This document shows, one piece after another, positions 1 through 56,500 of a DNA stretch of 64,000 nucleotides. Source of the stretch: Lama guanicoe (taxonomy: Eukaryota); contig MU053352.1 in assembly GCA_013239625.1 (NCBI GenBank), positions 107,485-171,484 on the forward strand, given 5' to 3'. Both the position numbers and the translations under genes were made by a program. Numbering within the stretch: position 1 is the first letter of the stretch; the number at the start of each line of letters is the position of its first letter. Below the pieces are notes generated by a model that was not told where the DNA came from, ran no database searches, and saw only the letters and a program-made list of their open reading frames with translations.

Positions 1-236
1 AAAGACAAACAAGTCTGATTATTGTACTGCATCTGGAGAGGAAGGGACAGACTTAGGCTTCTCTTCACGTGATGTTACCCTTATAATCTAGAATATGGTC
101 TATAATGATCAAGCACATGTCCAAGGAAGCTATCCTCACAAGTTATTCCAAGGGATTTCCTCTTTGATGCATGATGTTTGTTTATCCCTGGTTTGTATGG
201 AGCACTTCTAATGTGAAACCCTTAAGAAGTATTTAA

Positions 237-331
237 GGAGGGAAGGGTATAGCTCAGTGGTAAAGTGTGTGCTTAGCATGCACAAGGTCCTGCGTTCAAT
301 TCCAGTACCTCCATTAAAAATAAAGAAATAA
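237..331 (+). mobile_element. tRNA-derived SINE (camelid Vic-1 type)
   Basis: GGGTATAGCTCAGTGGTAAAG (A box)...GTTCAATTCC (B box)...ACCTCC then A-rich tail. Confidence 0.85.
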
Positions 332-360
332 GAGAACAGGCCAAGATGGCGGAATAGAGA

Positions 361-2020
361 ACCCATTTGATCATGTGTATGGTCCTTTTATTGTGCTGCT
401 GATTTTGGTGTGTTAGTATTTTGTTGAGATTTTTTAAATTAATGTTCATCAGGAATATTAACGTGTAGTTTTCTTTTCTTGTGTGTTTATCTGCCTTTGG
501 TACCAGGGTGATGCTGACCTTATAAAATAAGTTTGGGAGTGTTCCCTTTGCTTCAAATTTTTGTAAGAGTTTTTTTAAAAACTGGCATTAATTCTTTAAA
601 TGTTTGTTGAAATTCACCTGTAAAGCCATCTGATCCTGGGCCTTTCTTTATAGAGAGGTTTTTGATTACTGATTCAGTTTCCTTACTTGTTATCATTCAA
701 CCTTTTTACTTGTTACCAATAACAAGCAAGTAACTCTTCATGATTCATACTTAGTAGGTTGTATTTTTCTATGAATTTATCCATTTTCTCTAGGTTGTCC
801 AATTTGTTGGTGTATAATTGCCCATAGTACTCTTATAATCCTTTGTATTTCTGTAGCATCCATTGTAATACCTCCTATTTCAGTTATCATCTTATTTATT
901 TGAGTCCTCTCTCTCTCTTCTTCTCTTGGTAAGTCAAGCTAAAGTTTTTTCAATTTTGTTTACCTTCTCAAAAAACCACTTAATTCTATTGATATTTTCT
1001 ATTGATTTTCTATTCTCTATTTCATTTATTTCTGCTCTGATTTTTGTTATAGCCTTCCTTCTGCTAAGTTTGGCCTCAGTCTGTTCTTGTTTTTATAGTT
1101 CCTTGAGGTATAAGGTTAAGTTGCTTATTTGAAATATTTCCTTTTTTAATGTAAGCATTTATCACTATGAACTTCCCTCCTAGCACTGATTTTGCTACAT
1201 CCCATTAGTTTTGATATGTGTGATTCCATTTTTATTTGTTTTAAGATTTTTAAACTTCCATTTTGATTTCATCTTTGACCCATCGGTTGTTTAGGAGTGT
1301 GTTGTTTAATTTTCACGTATTTGTGAATTTTCCAATTTTCCTCCTGTTAATTGATTTCTAGTTTCACACCACTGTGGTCAGAAAAGATACTTGGTATAAT
1401 TTCAAAATTTTTAAATTTGCTGAGAGGTGTTTTGTGACCTAGCATGATCTATCTTGGAGAATGTTCTATGTGGTTTGAGAAGAATGTGTATTCTGCTGCT
1501 GTTGGATGGAATTTTCTATATATGTCTGTTAAGTCCATTTGGTCTAAACCATTGTTCAAGTCCAGTATTTCCTTGCTGATTTCTGGTCTGGATGATCTAT
1601 CCATTGTTGAAAGTGGAGTATTGAATTCCTCTATTATTACTGTATTGTTGTCTGTTACTCTTTCAGATTTGTTAGTATTTGCTTAATATAGTTTGGTACT
1701 CTGATGTTGGGAGTATATGTATTTACAATTGTTATGTCTTCTTGATGAATTTACCCATTTATCGTTATATAAGGACCTTCTTTTTCTCTTGTTATAGTTT
1801 TTGACTTGAAGTCTACTTGTCTGATATAAATGTAGCTACCCCTGTTCCATTCTGATTCCTATTTTATGGAATATCTTTTTCCATTCCTTCACTTTAAGCC
1901 TGTGTGTGTCCTTGAAGCTGAAGTGAGTCTCCTGTAGGCAGTATATAGTTAAGTCTTCTTTCAAAATCCATTCAGTCATTCTATGCCTTTTGACTGTAAT
2001 ATAATCCATTTACATTTAAA
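361..2020 (-). mobile_element. LINE-1 ORF2 fragment, degenerate
   Basis: T-rich antisense L1 ORF2 motifs (gtattttgttgagatt, aagaatgtgtattctgctgctgttggatgga, gatgatctatccattgttgaaagtgg). Confidence 0.9.
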
Positions 2021-2029
2021 GTCAAATCC

Positions 2030-2875
2030 AGGCAGGGCCCTGACGCCTGCATACTCTACCATCGCTGCTAGGTCTTGCCACAGTCACATGGAAGTAGAAG
2101 CTGGTGTTGAGAGTTAGGCTAAGTTTATGCAGGTGACACCTGGAGAGGCTAGCTGCAGGTTAGCCCATTGGTACAGGCCAGTGATAAGAAACAGAGCTAG
2201 ATCTGGGCTCACAATCGTCTCAGGGCCCTGGCTGTCAGCATGCACTTCTGTAGCTGCAGGATCTTGCCACAGATGTACACAACAATGGAGGCAGGTGGTG
2301 GGCATCAGGCCAGTGGCATGCAAGTAACAAAGCTGAAGGGGCTAGCCCCAAGCACACACACAAAGGTGGGGGTCAGCTGAAGGGATCTATACTGATGTCT
2401 TGAACTCACACACAGCCACAGAAGACTGAGAAGGCTGCCAGCACAGGTCCTGGATTCCCTTGAGGGTGAGGGTTGGAAGAGTATGGAGGGAGCCAGGAGA
2501 GACTCAGATGGCTGACATCAGTGAACACAAATAACTGTAGGGCAAAAAAATGGTGAAATCTACAGAAGTCCAAGGCAGCTTTGCTGGCTGCTGTTTTCTT
2601 CAGTGGGGAAACTGCTGGGATGCTCTGCAGAGCAGGTCTCTGGGAACCACCACTGTTGTTCCGACAGCGTGGCTGAAACTGGTAGCCTCTGCTTTCCTTC
2701 TTTGTTCCTAGCCAGCACGTCTCAACTTTGCTGGTTTCTGGATGGGGTGAACTCAAAGTGGTTCCTTCATGCCATGCCCTAAAGGCTGGGGAAGCTAATG
2801 GCTCACCCTACTCTCTCTTTCCCAGGGAGGGAACTCTTTCTAGCTGGAGAGTTCCCTCTAGGCAGTGAGCACTGC
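2030..2875 (-). mobile_element. Probable old L1 5'-region fragment
   Basis: GC-richer segment contiguous with the L1; ggggaactctttctagctggagagttccctc resembles L1M 5' consensus as recalled. Confidence 0.5.
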
Positions 2876-2877
2876 TG

Positions 2878-3266
2878 GCTTTTTGCTAGGGCTGCCATAA
2901 CAAAGTGCCACAGACTGGGTGTCTTCAACAGCAAAAATTTATTTTCTCAAAGTTCTGGAGGCTGGAAGTCTAAGATCAAGGTGTCAACAGGGTCAGTTTT
3001 TTCTGAGGCCTCTATTTTTGGCTTATAGATGCCCGTCTTCTCCCTGTGTCTTCTCATGGTCTTCCCTCTGTGGATGCCTGCAGTCCTGATCTCTTCTTAT
3101 AAAAACATCACACTTATCAGATACAGGCCCACCCTAGTAATCTCATTTTCATTCAGTTATCTCTTTAAAGACCCTATGTCCTAATAGAATCACACTCTGA
3201 AGTTCTGGGGGCTTAGACTTCAACAAATGAATGGGTGAGGGAAAAGAACACAATTAAGCCCATAAC
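2878..3266 (-). mobile_element. MaLR solo LTR (MLT1B-like)
   Basis: ctagggctgccataacaaagtgccacagactgggt...ttctggaggctggaagtctaagatcaaggtg...acacaattaagcccataaca. Confidence 0.9.
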
Positions 3267-4659
3267 ACAGGAAAAGTTAGTTACGTATCTTGTGGATTTT
3301 CAAGTCATAGGTTCCTGTGGGGAAAAAAATCTGAAGTGGATGCCATGCAGCAAAAAGAAACAGAATCACAAACTGAACATACAGAGCCTGAGGGCAAGAA
3401 AAGGCAGGTGGTGCAGGTCCTTTGGGTGGGCTGGATCACAGGTTTTCAACAATGAATGAATGACAAAGCATCTTCTGCTCCCAGGGCTCGGGCACCTTGA
3501 CTCCTGGACTACAGCATATCAGAAAATAGAAGCAAAGCAGCAGCATTCTAATCTGAATGTTTGCCAATCTGAAATGTCTGGTATTTAGTTTGACAATTTG
3601 GCCTTTGAGTGTGATCTAGGAATACAGGTCCACTCAAGGATCAACTTCTCTCAAGCTAGGAGTACCGCAAATCAGGAAAGCATTGTCCATGTCCTGAGAG
3701 TCTTGGAAGAGCCATCATAGAGGAACAGAAGCTGCACTGACAGAAAAAGCCGTCTGGGTCAAGGGTGCAGTGTGGGCTCAGGGCCTGAACAACACTCACC
3801 TGGATGCTCCAGAGCCAGTCAAACAACGCTTCCCCATTAACCTTACCCACATCTCCTTAATTCCATCCCCACCAACCCGCCAAGGCAATGGCACCTCATT
3901 CAAACAACTTGCTTCACTGAAATCCAATTTGAGGCTGGGTTAGGGGTAACGTTAAGGAATCTCTCTCTTCCAGCTAAGCACACATATGTGTTTCTCCCAA
4001 GGTTTGCTTTTGTGAAGCAGAACAAGCTGTAGTGGATCTTCTAGGAAACGGTGATGTCAGTACCAGGAAAAAGTGAGTTCTAGTAAATTTCAAAGGTAGA
4101 AAGTTTTCTACGAACGAGTACATCAATGCCTGACTCAGTTATATGGAAGTAAGAAAAGCTCCCAGGTGTCAAAGGCCCCGGGACCAACATCACTCTGCAG
4201 GGAAGGAGACATGCCTTCTCATTTTGAGAGATTTAAAGAAGCTTTTTTGCCTTATAGGGTATTGTTTTTCAGTTCTATAAACTAAGCATTAATAAGCAAT
4301 CACTCTGTCCCATAACAAACACCTTCCATTTGAGGGAAAGAATAGCTCTTTCCAGTATCCCTGAAATTATTCTAGTACAGTTTATCACTTCCTGGGCCCT
4401 GGTTACCCAAGCGGCTCAGTCTGTTCTAACGGGACATTAAGCATTGAAGGCAGAGTTACTCACCCCATGTTTACTAGAGGTTTGAAGTTGAAATCATCTC
4501 CAAACTTTGCTACATGTTGTTAAATTGTTCAAGTTGCTAGATTCTATTCTCAACTGTCCTGGCTCCTGCAACCTAATCCACATCTTGTGCCAACTAAAGC
4601 TCACCACAGAGATGGTCAGTCTTTGTCTAGAATCTCTAGAAAGCAAGAAATCAGGATGT

Positions 4660-6549
4660 TATGGGGGTTTTTTAATGGTTTTATTTTTTACCAAAGTAAC
4701 AAATTTTAATATATGGGACTAACCGTAGCTTAATACAACATCTGTTTGTCATCTTTCATGTATATATCTCCCATCCCCTTTTCAAAGTACCTGCTCACAC
4801 TCAGAGGAGGTAGTAGATGCTATAAGCACCAGAGTCCCCATTTTTCAAAGAGAAAAATACAGTTTAGACCAAATAATTTACCACATAAATGCAGTGAATC
4901 ATTGACAAAGTCAGAAACAGAATCTAGGACAATCTAGATATTTCATATTTCATGCCTGCTCCATCCATCAGCTTTCAGTCCTCTCCCTTTATCCTCTCAA
5001 AGCTCAAAAATATCACAAATTCCACACAAAACTCAGTGCTCCAAGTAATGCTGGCCATGAGAAACTCTCTACTTTTCCCTCTTCTCTGCCTAGCTTAAGG
5101 GGAACATGAGGGCACATAAAATATTTTCTTTTCTTTTCACAAGAACAAGCCATTCTTTACCTGTTGAATCATTTTTACACCCAAGGAACCACTCTCAGCT
5201 CCACAGAACCTCTGATCCTAGCTCCTTCCTAAACTAGGTTGAAAGCAGTCAATACTGATATCATGACTTCCACAGGATTATATTACACAATATGATTACT
5301 ATTTCTCAGTTGGAATTAAAAGAATTAAATTCATTAAATTTAATTTTAATTTTAAAAATTTCCTCCTAAGAAACAGATTTCACAAGAAATAAAAGTGTTG
5401 AGCACTGCCACCTGGAACAGAGACCACCCACCCTATCCTAGGTCGATGGACGATCACCAATCAAGAAGACACCTCAGAAAGGAAGAGCTGTGGTCACGTG
5501 AGCTCACAGCGGGGAGAATCTCAGGCTAAACGTTTCAGGAGAATGCAGCTGCTCTGAGATGACAGAAGCCCCCAAGAGGCCTATCTGCTCTGTTACATGA
5601 CACAGAGTCAGCTTCTAAGCCTGTGTGTATATCAATGTCAGCACCATAAGGAATAGGAGCCTCTGGAAATGCCCAATTCATTACAGTCACCAGAGTGTGT
5701 ACTCTGTGCATCCATAAGAAAAGGTTAACCAAAAATAAAGCAAGCATTTATAAACAAATGCTTTTATCATTCATTCGATCCACAAACACTACTGAGTGGC
5801 TAAGACATTCCAGACACAGCAAATGCCAAAATGAATAAAATCTCAAACCCGAGAAATTAACAGTGGACATTTTTAGAAAACCAGAAAGCCCCCTTGACTC
5901 AAGATTATCTGCTTTCCCTGTTGGCCTGAGGCTGGCACCTGGGTCCTTCCCTTTGGTAAGTACTGCCACCCCAAGGCCTCTCTTTCAGAAAGCAAACACC
6001 CAGGACAGGGACCCTATCAAGCTCCCATCCTCAGCTTCAATGTATTCCTCAGTTTATCAGATACATTTTTCTTGTGCCAGGGAAAATTTGACATGATATT
6101 ATGAGGAGGGAACTTTTTTTCTTTTAAAAAAAGATGAGGTGGGGTGGTTAGATAGGGAAAGTGGCAGGAACCAGGGAGACCGCAACTGTTCAATAATATT
6201 CAAGGATGACAAGCAATGTTGACATGCTGAATCTACCTGAGACAAACTTGCATCAGACATCACAGGGCTTCAGCTTCTTAATCTGCCTTTTCCTAGACAT
6301 CAGATTAAGTGGACTTCCCTCTGCAGCTCTGACACGTACAGATGACTGTATGACACTGGCCTCAAACACATAAGTTAACAGCAAATCACTGATTTTTCTG
6401 CAGCTAGCCTGTAATTACAAATGTACACATTCATCAACTAAACAAAATTTACAACTGGCTGGTGGCCCTTCAGCACCACAGAATGTAACTAAAGGGAGAT
6501 AGTAAAGAGTCCAGCCTTCAGAAGCACAGCCTGCAGCAGAAGGCAGGAC
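4660..6549 (-). other. SLC5A1: SLC5A1 3' UTR (long isoform; distal end approximate)
   Basis: Follows the stop codon; first canonical AATAAA I found on the minus strand is at 4680-4685; end position inferred. Confidence 0.55.
4671..4685 (-). terminator. Candidate polyadenylation signals (AATAAA then ATTAAA)
   Basis: Minus strand AATAAAaccATTAAA followed ~25-45 nt later by U-rich gatttcttgctttct. Confidence 0.6.
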
Positions 6550-50223
<43,674 letters not shown>

Positions 50224-50265
50224 GGCGGCAGTGGTGATGCGTGCCTCCCGCCCAGGCCACTCGCT

Positions 50266-50272
50266 CCTTATA
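50266..50272 (-). promoter_or_regulatory. TATA box of SLC5A1
   Basis: TATAAGG about 45 nt upstream of the ATG, implying a TSS near 50240-50245 and a very short 5' UTR. Confidence 0.85.
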
Positions 50273-50282
50273 CCGCCTCTGG

Positions 50283-50295
50283 GTTAATGATCAGC
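50283..50295. promoter_or_regulatory. HNF1 binding site
   Basis: GTTAATGATCAGC (consensus GTTAATNATTAAC) just upstream of the TATA box; an HNF1 site in this position is established for mammalian SGLT1 promoters. Confidence 0.85.
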
Positions 50296-50299
50296 CCCA

Positions 50300-50308
50300 G
50301 GGGAGGGG
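50300..50308. promoter_or_regulatory. Proximal Sp1/GC box
   Basis: GGGGAGGGG next to the HNF1 site. Confidence 0.65.
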
Positions 50309-50455
50309 ACCCGTGAAGTCTGGCAGCAAGGCCGTCGTGCAGGGGCCCCTGCGCTGCACCCTCGGGCAGCAGCTCTGAGTGCAGAAGGAGGAGTTGCTGG
50401 CAGAGTTATTGGCAGGGAGGCAGCAGGCAGGTAGGTAAGGGCTGTCCTGCAACCT

Positions 50456-50463
50456 GGGAGGGG
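50456..50463. promoter_or_regulatory. Distal Sp1/GC box
   Basis: GGGAGGGG about 215 nt upstream of the inferred TSS; two Sp1 sites plus HNF1 is the known SGLT1 minimal promoter layout. Confidence 0.55.
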
Positions 50464-51294
50464 CCAGCCAGGGGGTGGTGCCCGCCTGGCACAAAGGCCT
50501 GCTGTGCTCCCAGAGCGTGCACTGGCCAGGCAACCTCTCCTGGCCTCCTGTGGGGCCACACCCAGACCCCATTGAGGAGCCAGGCTGCCTGGTGCTGGAG
50601 GCCTAGAAGCTTCAGATCACCTGCCACCTGCCCTTGGACCAGTCTTCTGTTCTCTGTGGACCTGGCTTCTCCATGTCTAAAATGGGCCCAGGACTGTTCC
50701 AGGAATCAGCCAAGTTCTCGGTCTCTATGGAGAGCATTCTGAGGAGGACCAGAAGTTGTCGGGGGAGAAAATCAGCACGATGGAAGCATCTTTGGCCACA
50801 GGGATGGCCACTCACCCATCCACCTTTCTGTCTCCCCCTCTATAGCCTGCAGCCCCCAGGAGCACTGTTACCCCCACTGTAAGGAGGAGGAAACTGAGAC
50901 TGGGAGGGGATCCCACTGGGAGCTATTTCCTTGCCCTGTGCCTCACCCAGTAATGTGATTTGGGGCCCTTCCCAGGCAGGCAGGAGGGAGGGAAGATACT
51001 AGAAAATCCCTCCCAAGGAGCTCATCAAACTCTGACCCCTTCTCACCTGTGAGCCTTACCCCACACACAGCCAATCGCCACCCATCCATCCACCTGAGAC
51101 TGAGGCCGGAACACAAAAACCAGACTCAAAAATCCTTGGGCAACGGAAAGACCCACAAAGATTACAATGGGGACAGCAAGTCATTTTATGTATTCAACAA
51201 ATACCAGTTGTGCATTTGTCTAGGCATTAGGGGCACAAAGTGAGCAAGACACGGGTAGTCCCCGCCTTTTAGAAGCTTAAAACACATACACATG

Positions 51295-51445
51295 TTCAGT
51301 GGGCAAAGAGTTTCCTTTTGGAGTGATGAAGATGTTTAGGAACTAGATAGAGGTGGTGGTTGTATGCACTTGAGGCCACTGAATTATTCACTTTAAAATG
51401 GTTAATTTCATATTATGTAAATCTCACCTCAATTCAAAAAAAAAA
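51295..51445 (+). mobile_element. L1MB 3' tip
   Basis: agagtttccttttggagtgatgaagatg...cactgaattattcactttaaaatggttaatttcatattatgt + A tail. Confidence 0.8.
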
Positions 51446-51718
51446 CATATGCAAGGCAACTGGCATGGAGATAATGAAAATGTAATCCCCACCCAGATCA
51501 TTTTTCTGCATTCTAAAAGTTTCATGAGTTTCATGTGTTCAACAAGTAATTTGCACAGAATGAAAAGTTGGGCTTATTTTGCCGTCAGAAGAACATTCTC
51601 TCCCATCTAATGGCTGGCCCTGATAATCCTGCATTGAGAAACTCCATTCATTCATTTAGAGTATCAATGCTACAGCAGGTACCAGGGGTTACAGACTTGA
51701 ACAGGACACAGTCTCTGC

Positions 51719-52240
51719 AATGAACATGGGCATGCAGATACCTCTTTGAGATGCAGATTCCATTTCCTTGGAATATACGCCAAGAAGTGGGATTGCCGGA
51801 TCATATAGTATTCTATTTTTTAATTTTTTGAAGATCCTCCATACTGTTTTCCATAATGGCTGCACCAGTTTACATTGCTGCCAACTCCACATCTCTGCCA
51901 ACAATTGTTATCACTTGTCTTTTTGATGATAGCCGTTCTAAGAAGTGTGGGATGATATTTCAGTGGTTTTGACTTGCATTTCCCTGATGATTAGTGATGT
52001 TGAGCACCTTTCCATGTACCTGTTGGCTCTTCGTATACTGTTTGAGTTCCTTATATTTTTTTAGATACTAAAGATGGTAACTATGTGAGATAATGAATAT
52101 GTTAATTAACTTGATCGTGGTCATCATTTTACAATGTATCTGAATATCAAATCATCACATTGTACACCTCAAATATATACAATTTTGTCAATTACACCTC
52201 AATAAAGTGAGGGGGAAGAAGAAAATACTCACCAAAAAAA
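51719..52240. mobile_element. L1MA with inverted 5' part
   Basis: Antisense ORF2-end segment 51719-52065 joined to a sense 3' tip 52070-52240 ending cctcaataaa + A-rich tail. Confidence 0.8.
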
Positions 52241-53030
52241 AGACACAAATTCTGCCTTGGGGCCCTCTCAGTCCCTCAAGGAAAGTTTACATCTGATGTG
52301 CATGTGCTGTTCCCTATGCAAGGATGCTTTCTCCCCATTCGTCACCTGAATAACTCTTGTAATTCTTCAATCTCAGCTTTAATTTCCTCCAAGAGGCTTC
52401 CTAACCTGCACCCACCCTTAGCAAGAAAGCTAAGAGAGAACCCCACTCTCAAGCTCTGTTCTTGTCCTCCCCATACTTGTCTCGATTTTCAATTGACATT
52501 TAGGTGTATAACTATATGTTTAATGTCTACATTCCCCACTAGACTATTAGCTTCGTGAAGGTAGCACCCATGTCTTCCTGCCATCGCTGTGCCTAGGACT
52601 GGGGCTGAGATATAGCCGATGCTCAATAAACATCAACTGAATGAATAAACGAATTAAAATAATGAACACACGCAATCATAACATCACAAATGGTTGAGAC
52701 AAGCTGAGGCAGAACATGCTTAATCTGTCTCACTAAGGGATTTAGACAGAGGGGCAAAAGAAATCATCATCAAGAGGGGATATTTGCACTGAGTCTTCAG
52801 GGATAAGTAGGAGTTCCTGAGGCGATACAGTTGAGGAAAGGTTTTGAGACGTGAGAGAACACACTATGCATATTCAGGGAGCGGTAAGTGCTTGTGGTCT
52901 ACTTGGCTGGGCAGAACACCCAGAGATAAGGCCAGAGGTGTGGGCAGGAACTGGACCGACCACAGGGGACCTTGTGTGTCATATTAAACATCCTGGAATT
53001 CTTCCCGAGAACGCTGGGGAGCTAGTAAAA

Positions 53031-53208
53031 CAGGTGTTCCTGGTCTTAGACCCATGGATGCCTTAGAGGTGGGTTTTGAACATCCGTGGACTCCCTAAAA
53101 TTGTATGCATAACTGTGATCAGATTAGTGTTTTCTTGGCAAGAGGGCCCATAGCTTTCATCAGCTTCTCAGAAAGATCAGTGACTCAAAAAAAGATGAAG
53201 AACCGCCA
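53031..53208. mobile_element. hAT-Charlie fragment (Charlie4-like)
   Basis: gagggcccatagctttcatcagcttctcaga...gtgactcaaaaaaagatgaagaacc. Confidence 0.65.
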
Positions 53209-53441
53209 CCTTCCCCGACCATCCTAACTAAAACAGCCCCACCCCCACCCCAGCTCAGGACTTTCATAGTACTCATAACAGAGTTGATTTGTTTCCTTGT
53301 TTTTTCCCCATCTTCCCCTCTGTGAGAGCAGACCGTGTCTTTCTTATTCAGGAGTCTATCTCCTGTGCCTAGAACGCATGGCCTGGAAGTTACAGAACTC
53401 AATAAACATCTGCTGACTAAACAAATCTTACTACAGGTGTT

Positions 53442-53945
53442 TGGTTTTTTTTTCATTGTGGTACACATAACATAAAAGTTACCATCATCGCCTTTTTTAA
53501 GTGGCCAGTTCAGTTGCACTAAGTCCGTTCACATTGTTGTGTACAATTACCATCTTCCATCTGCAGAACTCCTCTCATCTTGCAAAACTGAAACTCTGTA
53601 CCTATTAAACACTAACTTTCCATCCTCCCACCCCAACCCAGCCCTTGGCACCCACCATTCTACTTTCTGTCTCTGTGGCTTTGACTACCCTAGGAACCTC
53701 ATGTAAGTGGAATCGTATTATAGTATTTGTCCTTTTGTGACTGCCTTATTTCACTTAGCATAATGTCATCAAGGTTCATCCATGTTGTAGCAGGTGTCAG
53801 GATTTCCTTCCTTTTTAAGGCTGAATAATTCCTTTGTATAAATATACCACACTTTGCTGATTCATTTACTCATTGGACTTTTGGGTCACTTTTACCTCTT
53901 AGCCATTGCAGCCATCGCTGCTGTGAACATGAGTGTCTAGGAATC
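53442..53945 (-). mobile_element. L1MB 3' end
   Basis: catcttgcaaaactgaaactctgtacctattaaac...ttatttcacttagcataatgtcatcaaggttcatccatgttgtagca. Confidence 0.88.
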
Positions 53946-54599
53946 TTCTGATCCTTTTTGAAATAAGAGTCATCACAGGATGAGTTGATGGATGAATGGA
54001 CGGTTGGATGGTGGATGGATGGGTAGATGGATGGGTGACAGATGAATGGATAGAGAAATGAAAGAGCTCTAGACTGAGTTAGATCTATTTCCTGTCCTAA
54101 CTGTGACGCTTCCCACCTGCATGACACACCAGAGAGACTGTGAAGTAACAGTGACCTCATTGTAATAATGGTATTGAGTTAAAAGGAATTTCAGAATATT
54201 TATAAAGATGAATAAGTCTGTGCTATTTCATGATCACAGCTGGCGTGTATCAGTAACAGGATATGTACAAGACCATAAGGTGTTGCTGGCAAAGAAGAAA
54301 GGGGTTTCCCAGAGTGGTAATCCTAGGAAGGAAGGGAGTGATTCACATTGGGTAAAAACCACATTTAGTACCAAATGTGGAACAACCATAACATCAGTCA
54401 AAACAGTAAAAACAGAGTCACTAAAAATTCAAGACCTTGAGCCACAAACGATGTTGACAGTGAATGGGTCCAACTGCCAAAGAAAATGAAGAGTGCAGAG
54501 ACGAGGCCTTGAGGATACTGAGCTCTGCTTTAAACTGGCCTCCAGGATTTTCTTATCCATAGTCTCACCATCTACAGCAATTGAAAACCAATCCTAACA

Positions 54600-56500
54600 G
54601 AAGAATGAACCAAAAATACAACCAGTTCACATAAAAGGAAATACAAATGGCATATAAATTTAGGAAAAGATATCCAGTCTCTCTCTAATAAAGCAAATGC
54701 AAATTAAAACTATAGTAAGATACTACTTTTTTACCTCTCAGACTGGAAAAGATCCCAAATTGAAAATATATTGTGTTATAAGAGTAAACATTTACTCTCA
54801 CACATTACAGGTGGAAGTATAAATTGGTATCAACTTCGACACAGTAATTTGAGAACGTCTATCAAAACTATGTGAAGAGAATGAGGAGACAAGCCACAAA
54901 CTGGGAGAAAATATTTGTAAAAGACACATCTGATAAAAGACTGTTAGCCAAACTATACAAAGAAATCTTAAGTCTCAACAATAAGAAAATTAACAACTCA
55001 ATCTGAAAAATGGGCAAAAGATTTGAACAGATGCCTGTTCAGGTATATGGATATCTTCTGATATGCAAATAAGCATATGAAAAGATGCTTAAGATCATAC
55101 GTCATTAGAGAGGTGCAAATTAAAACAACAGTAAGATACCACTACACACCTATTGGTATGGCCAAAGTCCAAAACACTGACAAAACGCTGACAGGAATGT
55201 GGATCAACAGAAAGTCTCATTCATTGTTGGTGAGAATGTGGTGGTGATGCCACAGTTTGGCAGTTTCTTACAAAACCAAACATAGTCCTACCATATGACC
55301 CAGTAATTGTGCTCCTAGGTATTTACCCAAAGGAGTTGAAAACATGTTTGCAAAAAAAAAAAAAAGAAAAGAAGAGAAACATGCACGCAGATGTTTATAG
55401 CATGACTGCTAAAATTTGGAAGCAACAAGAGGTCCTTCAGTAAGTGAATGGATAAATAAACTGTGGTACAACCAAATGATGGAATATTATCCAGTGATTA
55501 AAGAAATACTCTATCAAGCCAAGAAAAGATATGGAGGAGTGTCAAATGTATATCAGTAAGTGAAAGAAGCCAATCTAAAAAGGCAATTACTATGTAATTC
55601 CAACTATATGATTTTCTGGAAAAGGCAAAACTATGGAGACATTAAAGAGATCCACAATTGCCAGGGTTAGAGAGGAAAGCAGAATGAATAGGAGATGCAG
55701 AATTGTTAAGGCAGTGAAATTATTCTGTGCAATGCTCCAGTGGTGGATACTTGTCATTATGCATCTATCAAAACTCATAGAATGTGCAATGCCAAGAGTG
55801 AGCCCTAATGTGAACTGTGGACTTTGAATGGTAATGATGTATCAGTGTAAGTTCATTGATGGTAACAAATGTACCATTCTGGTGCAGAATGTTGACAGTG
55901 ACTGAGACTGTGTATGGGGGGAGAGGGGTACATGGAAATTCTCTGTACTTTCAGGTCAGTTTTGCTATGAACCTAAAACCACTCTAAAAAAATCTATCTA
56001 GAAATTATACATGCACATACCCTTTGACCCAACAACAAAGAATTTATGCTACAGATAGGCGTACATCAGGGCAAATGACATATGTTCAAAGTTATTTATT
56101 GCAGCACTATTTGTAATGGGCAAAGATTAGAAGTAACCTAAATGCCCATCCATCAAGGACAGGTTAAATATATTACAGTTTATCTACTTAACGGAATAAT
56201 ACTATGCAGTCATTAAAAATAAAAAGGAAAGCTCTTGTATATTAATATGTATTGATCTCAAAGATTTTTTTTTTAGGTTAAAAAAGCAAAGTGTGCAAAA
56301 CAACATGTAGTATGCTAAAACTGGTGTAAAATGTCAGGGGGTCAGGGAAGAATATTGGTACATGTTTACTTACATGTACAGTTTAAAAATCTCTTGGATC
56401 TCTAAAACTGGCAAACTGGCAAAATTGATGGCCTTCAGGGAGAATATTTGGATGACTAGGAGAATTTGTATATATATGTTTATATACTTTATGAACCATG
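54600..56500 (+). mobile_element. Nested L1s: L1MC-like (~54872-56000) inside an older L1ME-like element
   Basis: The old element breaks at ctatcaaaactat and resumes at gaaattatacatgcacataccctttgaccc; the inner element ends gtgagccctaatgtgaactgtggacttt...gaacctaaaaccactctaaaaaa. Confidence 0.8.

Noticed and set aside
245..315. tRNA-Ala gene (also 25570-25640)
   Set aside because: Mismatched stems, A-rich tails and a TSD on the second copy indicate SINEs
926..1686. Hydrophobic ORFs
   Set aside because: Antisense reading of decayed L1 ORF2
6300..6470. Proximal poly(A) site for a short mRNA isoform
   Set aside because: No AATAAA/ATTAAA found on the minus strand here; cannot support from sequence
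50284..50882. Overlapping ORFs upstream of exon 1 as extra exons or uORFs
   Set aside because: They lie upstream of the TATA box in GC-rich promoter DNA; no homology
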